DNA from: a virus
Strand: one strand, 5' to 3'
IMG/VR virus record: IMGVR_UViG_3300035099_000181
Coordinates: 37,071-101,070 of that record
DNA length: 64,000 nt
Both the position numbers and the translations under genes were made by a program. Each line of letters starts with the position of its first letter. Within the stretch, counting starts at the first letter, position 1. Shown here one piece after another: positions 37,214 to 47,394 of the stretch. The notes beneath the pieces are model-generated. The model was not told the origin of the DNA. It searched no databases and worked only from the letters and a program-made list of their open reading frames with translations.

Positions 37214-38106
37214 AGGCGCTTGTCTTTGGCAGCGAGGGATTCATAGGCAAGCATTTGTGCAAGGAGCTGAAAGAACGCGGATGGGAAGTTGAAGGTTTTG
37301 ATTGGAATGCTATTGCTAGACGGGATCAGGATATTAGAGATTCTGGAGTCGTATTGGAGTGCGTAAACCGTATTCATCCTGATGTAGCGTTTCATTTTGC
37401 TGCCATTTCAGATTTACAGGAGTGTCTTAGCGATCCTATTTCTGCAGAGGAGGTTAATGTAGGGGGGACGTTAAATGCGCTTGATGCTATAAGATCTATT
37501 TCTGCGAATTTGAGCAGATTTTCTCCTACCTTTGTTTACGCCTCTTCGGTCTATGCCCATAACGAGGATTCTGGGCCATACGGGATAACCAAGGCGGCGA
37601 GCGAAGCCTTCATCCGATTCTATGCCAAGAAATATGGAATTCGCTATATAATACTTCGATACGGCACAGTCTATGGTCCAGGCGCTCCCGAAAACAACTC
37701 TATTCGCAAACTTGTCAGGAAGGCCTTGGACGAGAATGAATTATATTGCTATGGCAATGGCAGTGAAATCAGGGAATACATCCATGTCAAGGACGTGGCT
37801 CGGTGCACTGTCGAGGTTGTAGAAAAAGGCTTTGTCAATGAGACATTTGTTATATCGGGCATTACGCCAATCAAGGCAGAAGATATGGCCGGACTGATAG
37901 GTGAGACATTAGGTAAAAGAGGACTTGAGCTTACCGCTGGACTTGTATACGGCTTGCAGCATCCAGAAGGGCATTATGTTAGGACTCCATATCGGTATCA
38001 GCCTCACATAGCCAAGAAGTACATCCCGGATAGCATGTATGACTTGGCCGCTGGAATTCTTGAGGTCATTGAGGAAGAGGAGAGTGCTGAAAAGGAATTA
38101 TTATGA
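37210..38106 (+). CDS. NAD-dependent epimerase/dehydratase
   Basis: GSEGFIG, YASS, YGITK, REYIHVKD. Confidence 0.88.
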   Translation: MKALVFGSEGFIGKHLCKELKERGWEVEGFDWNAIARRDQDIRDSGVVLECVNRIHPDVAFHFAAISDLQECLSDPISAEEVNVGGTLNALDAIRSISANLSRFSPTFVYASSVYAHNEDSGPYGITKAASEAFIRFYAKKYGIRYIILRYGTVYGPGAPENNSIRKLVRKALDENELYCYGNGSEIREYIHVKDVARCTVEVVEKGFVNETFVISGITPIKAEDMAGLIGETLGKRGLELTAGLVYGLQHPEGHYVRTPYRYQPHIAKKYIPDSMYDLAAGILEVIEEEESAEKELL

Positions 38107-38296
38107 TTCCTCTCTTTGTGAGGAAATTGAATCGATCTGTCCAAGATGCGGGGCAAGGCATTTGGCAAATTTTCCTTACGGCTGGACTGGGAACGGAAGC
38201 CCGAGGAAGTTTTGCCAAGCATGTCTGAGATTGCCAAGTTTGACTTGGGGAGAAGATGAATACTCTATTAGTGATAGTATATTGAAGATAAGATAA
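38039..38296 (+). CDS. Small Zn-ribbon protein (start uncertain)
   Basis: CPRCG...FCQAC. Confidence 0.45.
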   Translation: MTWPLEFLRSLRKRRVLKRNYYDSSLCEEIESICPRCGARHLANFPYGWTGNGSPRKFCQACLRLPSLTWGEDEYSISDSILKIR

Positions 38297-39516
38297 TGCC
38301 AAGCCGAGAAGAGTATATACAGCGCGCCGTTGATCTTTCATCAAAGGCCAAAAAGTCGGGCCTTTTCGGAGATATATGGTGGTATTCCTTGATTCATGAG
38401 AAGAATGTCTACCGTTCGATGTCTTATCACGACTACTGCAAGGGCATATCTAGCATTCCTGTTTCCGAAGTAAGGACAGTTCTTGGCGGAATTGCAAAGC
38501 TAGTCAGGATGGTGGCAAGATGGATAGTTTACGCGAGGCCAGGCAAGGTCAAGGTGTGGCCTGTTTATGATATAGGCAGAATCATAGTTGGCTATGATCC
38601 GGTTAAGGTCTTTGCCGCCGATGGCGGATATTCTTTTATCCATCCGAGAAGAAGAGATTGGGGAAGATGTCAACTTTCTAAGAAGATGGAATATGTTGAT
38701 TCTCTGCTTTTTGGATTGGCAGACCTGCGGTGGATCATTCTCGCATACTTCGAGAACTTGTTTCTTTTTAGGAAGAGATTGATTTGGTTTGTCAGCAATA
38801 CAGGTTCATATTGGTATTGTCTGTTTCTTGATGACTTCAGGCGATCATTTCTTGGGGACATCCTTGTTGAGGGCCTTTTCTATGAGAGGATCTTCGCTAA
38901 CCTATTTTGGTTCTTTCCTGTCTTGGATGCTGTCATTTACACTTATGAGGGACTTGCGTGGGAGAAGGCCTTGTGCATACAGGCAAGGAATATGGGAGTT
39001 ACCACGATAGGGGCAAAGTTTGGAAAGGTGTCGGGTAACGTTCTTGAATTTTACTACACGGAGGAGGAGAAAAGGATCATGCCATATCCTAATACACTCA
39101 GGGAAGTGATTTGGCCGAAGCCGAATGTCAAGGTGAATGCCTTGGCCGAAAGGATTCTTATTGTGCTTTCGACTCTCCCTGCTATCAATTATGAGATGCT
39201 TGGCTTTCTAAAGAGAGCAAAGATTCCTGATCTCTTGATGGTGAAGAACCATCCTGACGATAATACGGATTACTTCAGGTCATATCGGGATATGAATGCG
39301 ATATTCCTGAATCAGGGGCGCGCGCTGGACCTCGTGTGGATGGCCAAGGCCATTGTTGCATTTGACTCATCTGTGATAACTGATCTTGTGGGGATCGGCA
39401 TTCCGATATTTGTGCCTACACTTCCGGCATTCGCCGACCTGAATCCGGAGCCGGAATCCGTGATCTATGTGAGAACGCCGGAAGAGTTGAGGAAGGGGAT
39501 TGAGAAGCTTGGATAA
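38296..39516 (+). CDS. Hypothetical surface-carbohydrate biosynthesis/transferase-like protein
   Basis: 406 aa; YTYEGLAWEKAL, KNHP, DSSV...GIP resemble GT-B-like capsule proteins. Confidence 0.45.
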   Translation: MPSREEYIQRAVDLSSKAKKSGLFGDIWWYSLIHEKNVYRSMSYHDYCKGISSIPVSEVRTVLGGIAKLVRMVARWIVYARPGKVKVWPVYDIGRIIVGYDPVKVFAADGGYSFIHPRRRDWGRCQLSKKMEYVDSLLFGLADLRWIILAYFENLFLFRKRLIWFVSNTGSYWYCLFLDDFRRSFLGDILVEGLFYERIFANLFWFFPVLDAVIYTYEGLAWEKALCIQARNMGVTTIGAKFGKVSGNVLEFYYTEEEKRIMPYPNTLREVIWPKPNVKVNALAERILIVLSTLPAINYEMLGFLKRAKIPDLLMVKNHPDDNTDYFRSYRDMNAIFLNQGRALDLVWMAKAIVAFDSSVITDLVGIGIPIFVPTLPAFADLNPEPESVIYVRTPEELRKGIEKLG

Positions 39517-39693
39517 GAAGCTAAGTAGCATTGCTGGAAAAGCAGTGGAATTGCCTGTCTTGAGATGCTCTAACGAGGAATATGAGATGCCATCTGCTCT
39601 ATTTGTTGTCTTGGATGTGGGACCGAATAAAGGCGCCATATATCTTTCTCAAGTGCGCTGCTCATTCTGTCCGTGCTGTGGTAAGGAGACGAG

Positions 39694-40035
39694 ATGATTC
39701 CTCATGGATTCAAGCCTTGGGTAGGATTCGACCTGGACGGGACTCTTGCCATGTATGAGTATTGGCAAGGCCCGGATCATATAGGCTCCCCTGTTCCTGA
39801 GATGGTCCGTGTTCTTATGGGGGAGATAGAGCAGGGAGAAAGGGAAGGGTACGAGGTCAGGATTTTCACCGCACGGGCTTGTGTTCCTTCTGATATTAGG
39901 CACGTTAAGAAGTGGCTTGCTGACAACAGGTTGCCTGACCTTGAGGTGACTTGCGTCAAGGATCACGGGATGAGGCGGCTGTATGACGATAGGGTCATCA
40001 AGGTGGAAAAGAATACGGGTAGGATATTGGCATAA
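39694..40035 (+). CDS. Small HAD-superfamily phosphatase
   Basis: GFDLDGTL, FTAR, K, YDD. Confidence 0.8.
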   Translation: MIPHGFKPWVGFDLDGTLAMYEYWQGPDHIGSPVPEMVRVLMGEIEQGEREGYEVRIFTARACVPSDIRHVKKWLADNRLPDLEVTCVKDHGMRRLYDDRVIKVEKNTGRILA

Positions 40036-40264
40036 GGAGATTAAGAATCTTTACTCAGGGCGTTGGCTACCGAAGCAGAGAGGGAAAACAAGAGTGGCTG
40101 TGCGGCACGCGGAAGATCGGGAAAGCCCAGGTTGCCCCTATTGTCTGGCAGGCGCTTGGGCAACCTGAAGCAGGCGAAACAGCAAGAGCTGTTTTAATGG
40201 CCGAAGAAAGGCAGCCTTCCATCCCTGCTGTAGTTTAGGCAGGTTTGGTAAACCAGGCAAGACT

Positions 40265-40648
40265 ATGAGCCATTGCATATCTCATATGATCGGAATGCGC
40301 ACTGGTGGGGTATTCTCGGATGAGACTGATATGGGCGACCTTAAGGCCAGGGTTTCTAAGATTGTTGCTGAAATGGAGGAAGGAGATTTCCCTACTTGCT
40401 TGGACGTGGAACTAGTGAACATGTCACAGGAGTTGATTGGCAGCAAAGAAAGTTGTGTAATTATTGCCGAGGCTTTAGGGGCGAGCGAGTTCTGCAAAAG
40501 GCTGTCCTTGGAATTTGGCACAGAAATTATGCTTATGTCTTGGGACGAGGAGGTTGATGAAGTTCAGTGCCAGATTTTCTTAGATGGAAAATCTTTGTGC
40601 AGAGTTCCAGAGAATCCTATTAAAAGAATCTTGAGGCGAACGGCATGA
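40265..40648 (+). CDS. Hypothetical protein
   Basis: 127 aa, coupled to the next gene. Confidence 0.55.
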   Translation: MSHCISHMIGMRTGGVFSDETDMGDLKARVSKIVAEMEEGDFPTCLDVELVNMSQELIGSKESCVIIAEALGASEFCKRLSLEFGTEIMLMSWDEEVDEVQCQIFLDGKSLCRVPENPIKRILRRTA

Positions 40649-41085
40649 AAAAGTTTCTTTTCGTTGAAGATGCAATGGTACCAGCTCGCTCCATGTTCTT
40701 CAGTATAGGGGATTCGCCCATTATGGATAAGGCGGAGCAGGAAGTCCGGGCATGGTATGCGCAGTTTGATGCCATTTTTGCCTTGTCTCCTGCTGCATGT
40801 CATGGATTTGATAGGGTGGGAATAGCTTATTTGACGATGGAGGATATATCATATCCGGAGCGCATAGATTGGGATGTCTTCTTGAATACTGCTGGGCAGG
40901 GATTCTCTGTGGAGTTCCTGGTCAATGCCTTCGAGATGAACGAGACGGAGGTTATGTGGACCAGATTCTTTGATAAGCTGGTGTCAAACTTTGGGGTCTT
41001 TCGTGCGACCTATTTGGGGAAGGGATTTCCCATTTTCAAGAAGGTTTTGAATCGTAGGATGAAGTCTCTCTGGGGGAAGCAGTGA
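40645..41085 (+). CDS. Hypothetical protein
   Basis: 146 aa in the operon. Confidence 0.55.
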   Translation: MKKFLFVEDAMVPARSMFFSIGDSPIMDKAEQEVRAWYAQFDAIFALSPAACHGFDRVGIAYLTMEDISYPERIDWDVFLNTAGQGFSVEFLVNAFEMNETEVMWTRFFDKLVSNFGVFRATYLGKGFPIFKKVLNRRMKSLWGKQ

Positions 41086-41095
41086 AGGAGTTCAT

Positions 41096-42184
41096 ATGGA
41101 GGCAGTGAAGGAGTTCATACGTAACAGTCTTGAGTTTCTATTCGAGAAAGCCCAGATCGGCAGGAGCCAGTTCTCTGTCGTGTTCCCTCATTTCAATAGG
41201 ACTCTATTCCCTGTCTACAGATCCGTGATTCGGAACGGAGGCAAGGTCCTGTTCCTTCCTGCCTTCAGGCAAGTTAATTTCGATTGGAGATGCTTTGATT
41301 TACAAGAGGAAGAACAAAAACTGCGAGCTATATGCGACAATTACTTGGGATTCTTCAAGGTATCGGGGGGCAATTTCTATGTCGTGGACCGTCAGCCGAG
41401 GCATAGCTTGTCCTGCCTGGCGGCTCTTAGAGCTGCGAAAGAGTCTGGGCTGGTCACGATCTACCTGGACCATGGCAGCACTGGAATCTACCAGGATTGG
41501 CTCATATGGGACAAACTGCTCAATTTCGATTACTCCTACTTCGATGACTTCGACATGCGAAGATATGCCCTTGCCTTGGTTCGGGGGATGGGAGAAAATA
41601 GAAGACCTGTGGCTGATATCAAAGAGTGGATCAGGCCAAGGCCTCGAAAGAGAAAAGAAAGCAAGAAACGGATCATTCTATTCGCCCCAGCGTTCTATTG
41701 CAATGACAGATGGGTGCGCCTGTATCCGGACACGTTGCGGTTTAGGCACAGGAAGGCCTTGCTTCCTATCTTTCAAAGATTATCGAAGGAGGCCAATATA
41801 CAGGTCATCTGGAAGGCATTCCCGAAAGGCGATGATGCCTACGACCCGATTGGAGAGGTCATTCGTGAGGAGTTTCCTGGTATAAAGTACAGAATTCATG
41901 GGTTTGACAGGCTACTGTCGCGGTGCTCTTGGTTCGTGACGGACTGCATTTCTACCGGGATTTATGATGCAGTCCAGCTTGGGATCCCGTCGCTATGTGT
42001 CTGCTACAGGAAGGCAGAGCCGGTCAGGGAAGAGGTGGCAGAAAGATTTGGCAATTCAATTTTTAGATTCGACGCTATAATGGAAGTTGAAGATGTGCTC
42101 AGGGGGTTCATTGAAAACGATTCTTGGCCTGTCCCTGTAATAGAACACAGGTCGGACCCTTTTCCGTGGGAGGAGTGGAAATGA
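41096..42184 (+). CDS. Hypothetical protein, possibly a GT-B-like transferase
   Basis: YLDHG, IWKAFP, VTDCISTGIYDAVQLGIP. Confidence 0.5.
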   Translation: MEAVKEFIRNSLEFLFEKAQIGRSQFSVVFPHFNRTLFPVYRSVIRNGGKVLFLPAFRQVNFDWRCFDLQEEEQKLRAICDNYLGFFKVSGGNFYVVDRQPRHSLSCLAALRAAKESGLVTIYLDHGSTGIYQDWLIWDKLLNFDYSYFDDFDMRRYALALVRGMGENRRPVADIKEWIRPRPRKRKESKKRIILFAPAFYCNDRWVRLYPDTLRFRHRKALLPIFQRLSKEANIQVIWKAFPKGDDAYDPIGEVIREEFPGIKYRIHGFDRLLSRCSWFVTDCISTGIYDAVQLGIPSLCVCYRKAEPVREEVAERFGNSIFRFDAIMEVEDVLRGFIENDSWPVPVIEHRSDPFPWEEWK

Positions 42185-42413
42185 GATGGAAGTACGTTAT
42201 GTATGGAGATTATAGAATATGGACTGGATTCGCATGGTTTCCTATTCGGATATATCCGCAAAGAGAAGGCAGGTGGCTTGAGAAGGTTTGTGTTCTTCAG
42301 GTATTCAAATACGATAAAGGAGATACGCTGGACAAGGGTAATTGGCTAAGTGTCCGTTTTTTGGATACTCCGCAGGACATTGAAGAGGCAAGGAAGTTAT
42401 GTGTGGAGAAGTT

Positions 42414-44150
42414 ATGTGTGGAATAGCCGGTTGTTTTGGTCCAGCAATGAATGATATTACAAGTCCTCAAGTCAGACACTGCCTTGATCTTATGGACTCT
42501 CGGGGCCCTGACGCCAAAGGGATGTACCAAAAGGGCAATTGCCTCCTTCTGCATTCTCGTCTCAAGATTTTGGACTTAAGTGATTCCGCGAACCAGCCAA
42601 TGGTTTTTCCTGATGGTAAAGCGTTCGTATTCTGCGGGGAACTCTATAACCACAATGGTTTGAGGGGTTCTCTTGGTGGGGAGTGGAACACCAAAAGTGA
42701 TACAGAAGTATTCTTGAAAGCCTTGTGTGATTTATCTTATGGAGAATCTCTAAGCACATGCGACGGCATGTGGGCCTTCGCGTTATATGATCCTTCCAAG
42801 GAGATTTTAGTTCTTTCCAGAGATAGATTTGGGGAGAAGCCACTTTATGTCTATCAAGAAAATGAAACGGTGTATTTCGGGTCTGAACCGAAGTATGTCT
42901 TTGCTCTTCTTGGCAGGAGATTGCCAATAGACGACAGTTTGCTTAAGGACTATCTGCTGCTCGGATACAAGGTACTTTTCAGCAAGAGAGTAAGATCTTT
43001 CTTCAAAAGGCTGGTTCGGATCGCTCCTGGAACTTATGAGATCTATAGGCCTAATGTTCCTGCGAGAATGAAGGAATATCATAATTTTGAGCAGCGGAAT
43101 GGCAATCTTCTTGAGAATCCAACGGAAACTTTGCATGATTTTCTTTGTACAAGCCTTGGGTCAAGGTTTGAGGCTGATGTGCCTCTTGCGTTCTGCCTGA
43201 GTGGGGGGGTCGATTCTAATGTCCTGGTGTCGCTCGCTAAGAAGATTTATGGTCGGGATATTACGGCATTCACGATTGTCATGGATGATGCTCGCTATAA
43301 TGAAGAGGAGCTTGCGGCTCTGTCTGCGAGAGAGCTTGGCATAGAGCATGTCATCGTTCGGCTTGGAATGGGGACTTTCCTTTCGGACCTTCGGAAGATG
43401 ATTCAATATCATGAGTCACCCATTTCTACGATCAGCTACTATGTCCATTGGTTTCTGGTCAAGATGATGGCAGAGATGGGGTTCAAGGTTGCTGTCTCGG
43501 GTACGGGTGGGGATGAACTGTTCGGGGGATACTATGACCACTGGCTTTACAGGATGGCTGACTTGTATAGAGATAGGGGGGATGGTTCTTTTCTGGAAAC
43601 GCTGAAGAGTTGGAAGCAGCATGTCTTGCGGATGGTTAGGAACCCTGAATTCAGGGATTGGAAGAAGTTCATTGGAAACGTTGGAGGGGCAACTCTCAGG
43701 AGCAGGATGCGGGATGAGATAGTCAAGGAGATTATCCCGGTCATACTGCACGAGGATGATCTAAACTGTGCAATGTTTGGAATGGAGAACAGATCCCCCT
43801 TTTTGTCTGATGTTTTGTATGAGCTTTCGAGTGGAATTCCTGATTCTGGACTGTTTGACTTGAGAGAAGGGTTTGGGAAGGCGGTGCTGAGGAAGGCGAT
43901 GGCTGGAATAGTTCCGCAGGCGGTCTTGGATAGTAAAAGGAAGATTGGGTTCAATGCTCCTATTGAGGCTTTATTTGACAGGAAGAGCTTGGGCAATAGG
44001 GCGTGGCTGTTGTCTGATTCCGAAATATGGGAATGGGTTGATAGAAGGGTGGTCAAGGGCTTACTGGATAAATCTGAGTTGGACAATGAGGAGAGCAAGA
44101 TGCTATTTCGCTTGATCAGCGCGAAGATGTTTATGGAGGAATTTAGGTAA
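42414..44150 (+). CDS. asnB: Asparagine synthase (glutamine-hydrolysing)-family amidotransferase
   Basis: MCGIAG (Ntn Cys), RGPD, HSRLKILDL, SDTEV, RDRFGEKPLY, LSGGVDS, SGTGGDELFGGY, ENRSPFL. Confidence 0.92.
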   Translation: MCGIAGCFGPAMNDITSPQVRHCLDLMDSRGPDAKGMYQKGNCLLLHSRLKILDLSDSANQPMVFPDGKAFVFCGELYNHNGLRGSLGGEWNTKSDTEVFLKALCDLSYGESLSTCDGMWAFALYDPSKEILVLSRDRFGEKPLYVYQENETVYFGSEPKYVFALLGRRLPIDDSLLKDYLLLGYKVLFSKRVRSFFKRLVRIAPGTYEIYRPNVPARMKEYHNFEQRNGNLLENPTETLHDFLCTSLGSRFEADVPLAFCLSGGVDSNVLVSLAKKIYGRDITAFTIVMDDARYNEEELAALSARELGIEHVIVRLGMGTFLSDLRKMIQYHESPISTISYYVHWFLVKMMAEMGFKVAVSGTGGDELFGGYYDHWLYRMADLYRDRGDGSFLETLKSWKQHVLRMVRNPEFRDWKKFIGNVGGATLRSRMRDEIVKEIIPVILHEDDLNCAMFGMENRSPFLSDVLYELSSGIPDSGLFDLREGFGKAVLRKAMAGIVPQAVLDSKRKIGFNAPIEALFDRKSLGNRAWLLSDSEIWEWVDRRVVKGLLDKSELDNEESKMLFRLISAKMFMEEFR

Positions 44151-44221
44151 GTCAAGACAAATAGGAAAGAAGCATTTATGAGTATTCTGTTGCCAAAAGA
44201 TCATTTTGTGGAGACTGATAA

Positions 44222-45028
44222 ATGAGTTTTCTTTCAGCCCTTCCTGTCAGCCATTTGATTACAGAAGAGAATTGGAAGGACGTGCCTGGGATTGACATTC
44301 TCCAGTTCCGGGGCAGGCATTCTGATGGGTTTGTGTCCTGGCCTCATGTTGATTCTTCATCCATCTATCACAGCTCTTACGACGGAGCTATTCAGGGGGT
44401 AGATAGGGAAGAGCTTGAGAAGATAAGGGACAATGGGCATGTGACTCTATTTTCTTTGAATCTGGGATCAGCGGTCGAGAAAGTCCTGGTTAAGAACGGG
44501 GAATTCGTTGCTGATGGCAAGATCCTCTACCCGAGCGAGATCAGGGAGAGGGTAAGGCGGGCGGTTTCTGTCATCCGCGAGTACTACCAAGGGCTTATTG
44601 CCTTAGAGAATGGGCAGTATGTGCCGAATAATTCTTGCTATTACTTTGTCGCCGTCCCTGAGCTTATTAAGAAGATCATCGAGGAAAATAACCTATACTT
44701 TTGCCTGGATATTGCTCATGCCATGATTGCGGCGAACAATATGAAGGAGGACAAGGCAGCCTATATCTGCAGGCTGCCGATAGAGCGATGTCTTGAGATT
44801 CATATCAGCACTCCAGCAAGCTATTCGTGGAAGCTGGTAGACGTGCATGGATATCCTGACAGCAGGGTGAAGTTCTACCTGGAATGGGTCTTGAGGATGC
44901 TGAAGGGAAAGATGAACCCTTATGTGGTAGTGGAGTATTACAGGGACTTCGAGGGGATCAGAAAGGCATATAGGGAATTGCAAGAGCTGAAGGGGAATAT
45001 GAATGATCAATTAGGACATCATCAATAA
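44222..45028 (+). CDS. DUF692/xylose-isomerase-like TIM-barrel metalloenzyme
   Basis: IALEN, FCLDIAHA, EIHIS, DVH, VVVEY metal-ligand pattern. Confidence 0.6.
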   Translation: MSFLSALPVSHLITEENWKDVPGIDILQFRGRHSDGFVSWPHVDSSSIYHSSYDGAIQGVDREELEKIRDNGHVTLFSLNLGSAVEKVLVKNGEFVADGKILYPSEIRERVRRAVSVIREYYQGLIALENGQYVPNNSCYYFVAVPELIKKIIEENNLYFCLDIAHAMIAANNMKEDKAAYICRLPIERCLEIHISTPASYSWKLVDVHGYPDSRVKFYLEWVLRMLKGKMNPYVVVEYYRDFEGIRKAYRELQELKGNMNDQLGHHQ

Positions 45029-45041
45029 ACTGAGAGGGAGC

Positions 45042-46160
45042 ATGAACGAGATAAAGTATCCATTTGCAAGGCCGAATATCCTGCCTGGCGAGGACTTGGA
45101 AGAGGTTAGGCAGTTCTTGGAGACTGCCACAAGGCTGAGTGATGGTGAGGAATGCAAGCGATTCGAGAATGAGTTTAGACAATTCATCGGTGGAGGCTTT
45201 TGTCTGTCTACAAGTTCCTGCGCGGCGGCGCTGCATATGGCACTTTTGTCGCTTGGCATAGGGCCTGGCGATGAAGTCATAGTCCCGGCGATGACGCATG
45301 TCGCTACTGTACATGCCGTGGAGTTGGTTGGGGCGAGGCCAGTGTTCGTGGATTGTAGGTTGGATGATGGTGGTATTGGGTATGTTGGCAAGGCTTGTAG
45401 TCAGCGAACTAAGGCACTTATGCTTACTCATGTTTATGGTCTATGCAGAACATTTCGGGCCATACGGGATTTTTGCTTGGATAAGGATCTTTATTTGATA
45501 GAGGATTGTGCTCTGTCTCTTGGTGCTAAGCATGATGACTATGGCAAGACTCATGCGGGCCTGCTTGGGGATATTGGCTGCTTCAGTTTTTACCCGACCA
45601 AGCACCTGACTATAGGTGAGGGTGGGATGTTTGTGACGAGAGATAGAGGGATCTATGATAGGGCCAGGAGAATACGATCCTTCGGCAAGCAAGGCGGTAA
45701 CTTCGATTACGACATTCTGCATCTTGGCTCCAACTTGCGAATGTCGGAACTGCATGCCTTGATAGGCCGCTTGCAACTTAGGCATCTTCCTGGACTGCTG
45801 GAGAAGAGGAAGCGGAATTATGAGAGTCTTAGACGTCTGCTGATAGGAAGTAGATTCATGTCTGTTTTGGATAACTCATCTGCCAGGAACTATTACTGTT
45901 TTGGGATCTTGTTCCCAAATGAAGCGAAAAGGGCCGAAGCCAAGATAGAACTTCAGAAGGTCGGGATAGAGCCGAGTGTGTACTATCCGCATCCTGTGCC
46001 GCGCTTGTCATATTACCAGCAGAGGTATGGATACAACCTGAAGGCCTTTCCCAATGCCTTGAGGGTGGCTGATTGCTCGCTTGCGTTGCCAATAGGCCCT
46101 CATCTTGGAGAGAACTATGCGGAGAATGCCGCGCGGGTCTTGCAAAGGGTGGTTGAATGA
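45042..46160 (+). CDS. DegT/DnrJ/EryC1/StrS sugar aminotransferase
   Basis: SSCAAALHMAL, GDEVIVP, IEDCA, SFYPTKHLTIGEGG. Confidence 0.92.
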   Translation: MNEIKYPFARPNILPGEDLEEVRQFLETATRLSDGEECKRFENEFRQFIGGGFCLSTSSCAAALHMALLSLGIGPGDEVIVPAMTHVATVHAVELVGARPVFVDCRLDDGGIGYVGKACSQRTKALMLTHVYGLCRTFRAIRDFCLDKDLYLIEDCALSLGAKHDDYGKTHAGLLGDIGCFSFYPTKHLTIGEGGMFVTRDRGIYDRARRIRSFGKQGGNFDYDILHLGSNLRMSELHALIGRLQLRHLPGLLEKRKRNYESLRRLLIGSRFMSVLDNSSARNYYCFGILFPNEAKRAEAKIELQKVGIEPSVYYPHPVPRLSYYQQRYGYNLKAFPNALRVADCSLALPIGPHLGENYAENAARVLQRVVE

Positions 46161-47158
46161 GGAAAGCCTTGCTTGTAGGTGGCGCTGGATTTATTGGGCA
46201 TCATCTTGCCTTATATCTGAAAGAAGAAGGCAGGTACGAGCCTATCGTCGTGGACAGTCTTGGCGTGAATAACATCTACCAACGCATAGCCTCTGGCAAT
46301 TATGGCGATAGGTATATGAAGTTCCTTGAAAACAGACTTGATTTGCTGAAAAGTGCGGGAATACCTTTGGAGGTCATAGATGCTCGTGATTATCATGCTT
46401 TATCTGCTACGATAGGCAAGCACAGGCCGGATGTCGTCGTACATCTCGCTGCTGTGGCACATGCTGGAAAGGCCTATAAGGGGCCGTTCGCTACGTTTGA
46501 TCATTCTCTTCGCACGTTGGAGAACGCCCTCGATGCCTGCCTAGACAGGGTGGAGCACTTTGTGTACTTTTCGTCGTCAATGGTTTACGGAAACTTCAGG
46601 ACGGAACGGGTATATGAGGATTCCCTTCTTGATCCCATAGATGTGTACGGATCATTAAAGGCTGCAGGGGAGCTGATGGTTATGGCTTATGGTAGGTGCT
46701 ATGGCTTTCCGAATGTTACTGTCATACGGCCTTCCGCGCTGTATGGGCCTCGGTGTATAAGCAAGCGCGTGGTCCAGATCTTCTTGGAGGCTGCCATGGA
46801 TGGCAATGATTTGCTAATCCAGGGTGATGGGGAGGAAAGGCTTGACTTTACATACATTGATGACCTCGTGGAGGGCGTGGCGCTCGTGTTGAATAATGAT
46901 ATTGCTCATCAGCAGGTGTTCAATATGACATACGGGGAATCCCGAAGTCTTAATCAGCTTGCGGACCTCGTGTGCAGAATCTATGGCGTGGGGCATCTCC
47001 ATGTTGAAAGGCCTAACTTGATGCCGTTTCGAGGCACGTTGGATATAGGTAAGGCGAAGACCATGCTGGGCTATTCTCCTGAATGGCCATTGGAAGAGGG
47101 CATTGTTGAATATTCGCTCTGGTATCGGGAAGAAAGGGAAAACCGTGCTATAATATGA
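46157..47158 (+). CDS. NAD-dependent epimerase/dehydratase
   Basis: GGAGFIG, FSSSMVYG, YGSLK, DFTYIDD. Confidence 0.9.
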   Translation: MRKALLVGGAGFIGHHLALYLKEEGRYEPIVVDSLGVNNIYQRIASGNYGDRYMKFLENRLDLLKSAGIPLEVIDARDYHALSATIGKHRPDVVVHLAAVAHAGKAYKGPFATFDHSLRTLENALDACLDRVEHFVYFSSSMVYGNFRTERVYEDSLLDPIDVYGSLKAAGELMVMAYGRCYGFPNVTVIRPSALYGPRCISKRVVQIFLEAAMDGNDLLIQGDGEERLDFTYIDDLVEGVALVLNNDIAHQQVFNMTYGESRSLNQLADLVCRIYGVGHLHVERPNLMPFRGTLDIGKAKTMLGYSPEWPLEEGIVEYSLWYREERENRAII

Positions 47159-47394
47159 GTAGAGGAAGATAGGCACGAAAGAATATCAGTATTCACATAC
47201 GAATCTATTTGTTATTTTTACGTACGCTTGTAATCAGGCTTGTGAATTCAATCCTTTGATCAAGTTTGCTGTTAGCATGTACTCGGATGCGGTGTATTGT
47301 TACGAGAAGTACTACTGTGATAAATTGGTTTTTATTACGGGCCTTATGGAAGACATGAGTGGTCAAGGTGAAGAAGCCGAAAGAGGAGAAGTAA

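Noticed and set aside
39983-40648. Second possible TGA readthrough joining ORF 39983-40168 to ORF 40265
   Set aside because: Same frame, but there is no recognisable domain across the junction, the upstream ORF overlaps the HAD gene, and I could not identify a convincing SECIS.
42394-42423. Alternative AsnB start at 42399 and other short local duplications (RTSDPLP twice near 55953-56010; CLFN repeats near 60015-60070)
   Set aside because: Ordinary slippage duplications; the Ntn amidotransferase needs Cys at position 2 of MCGIAG, so 42414 was chosen.
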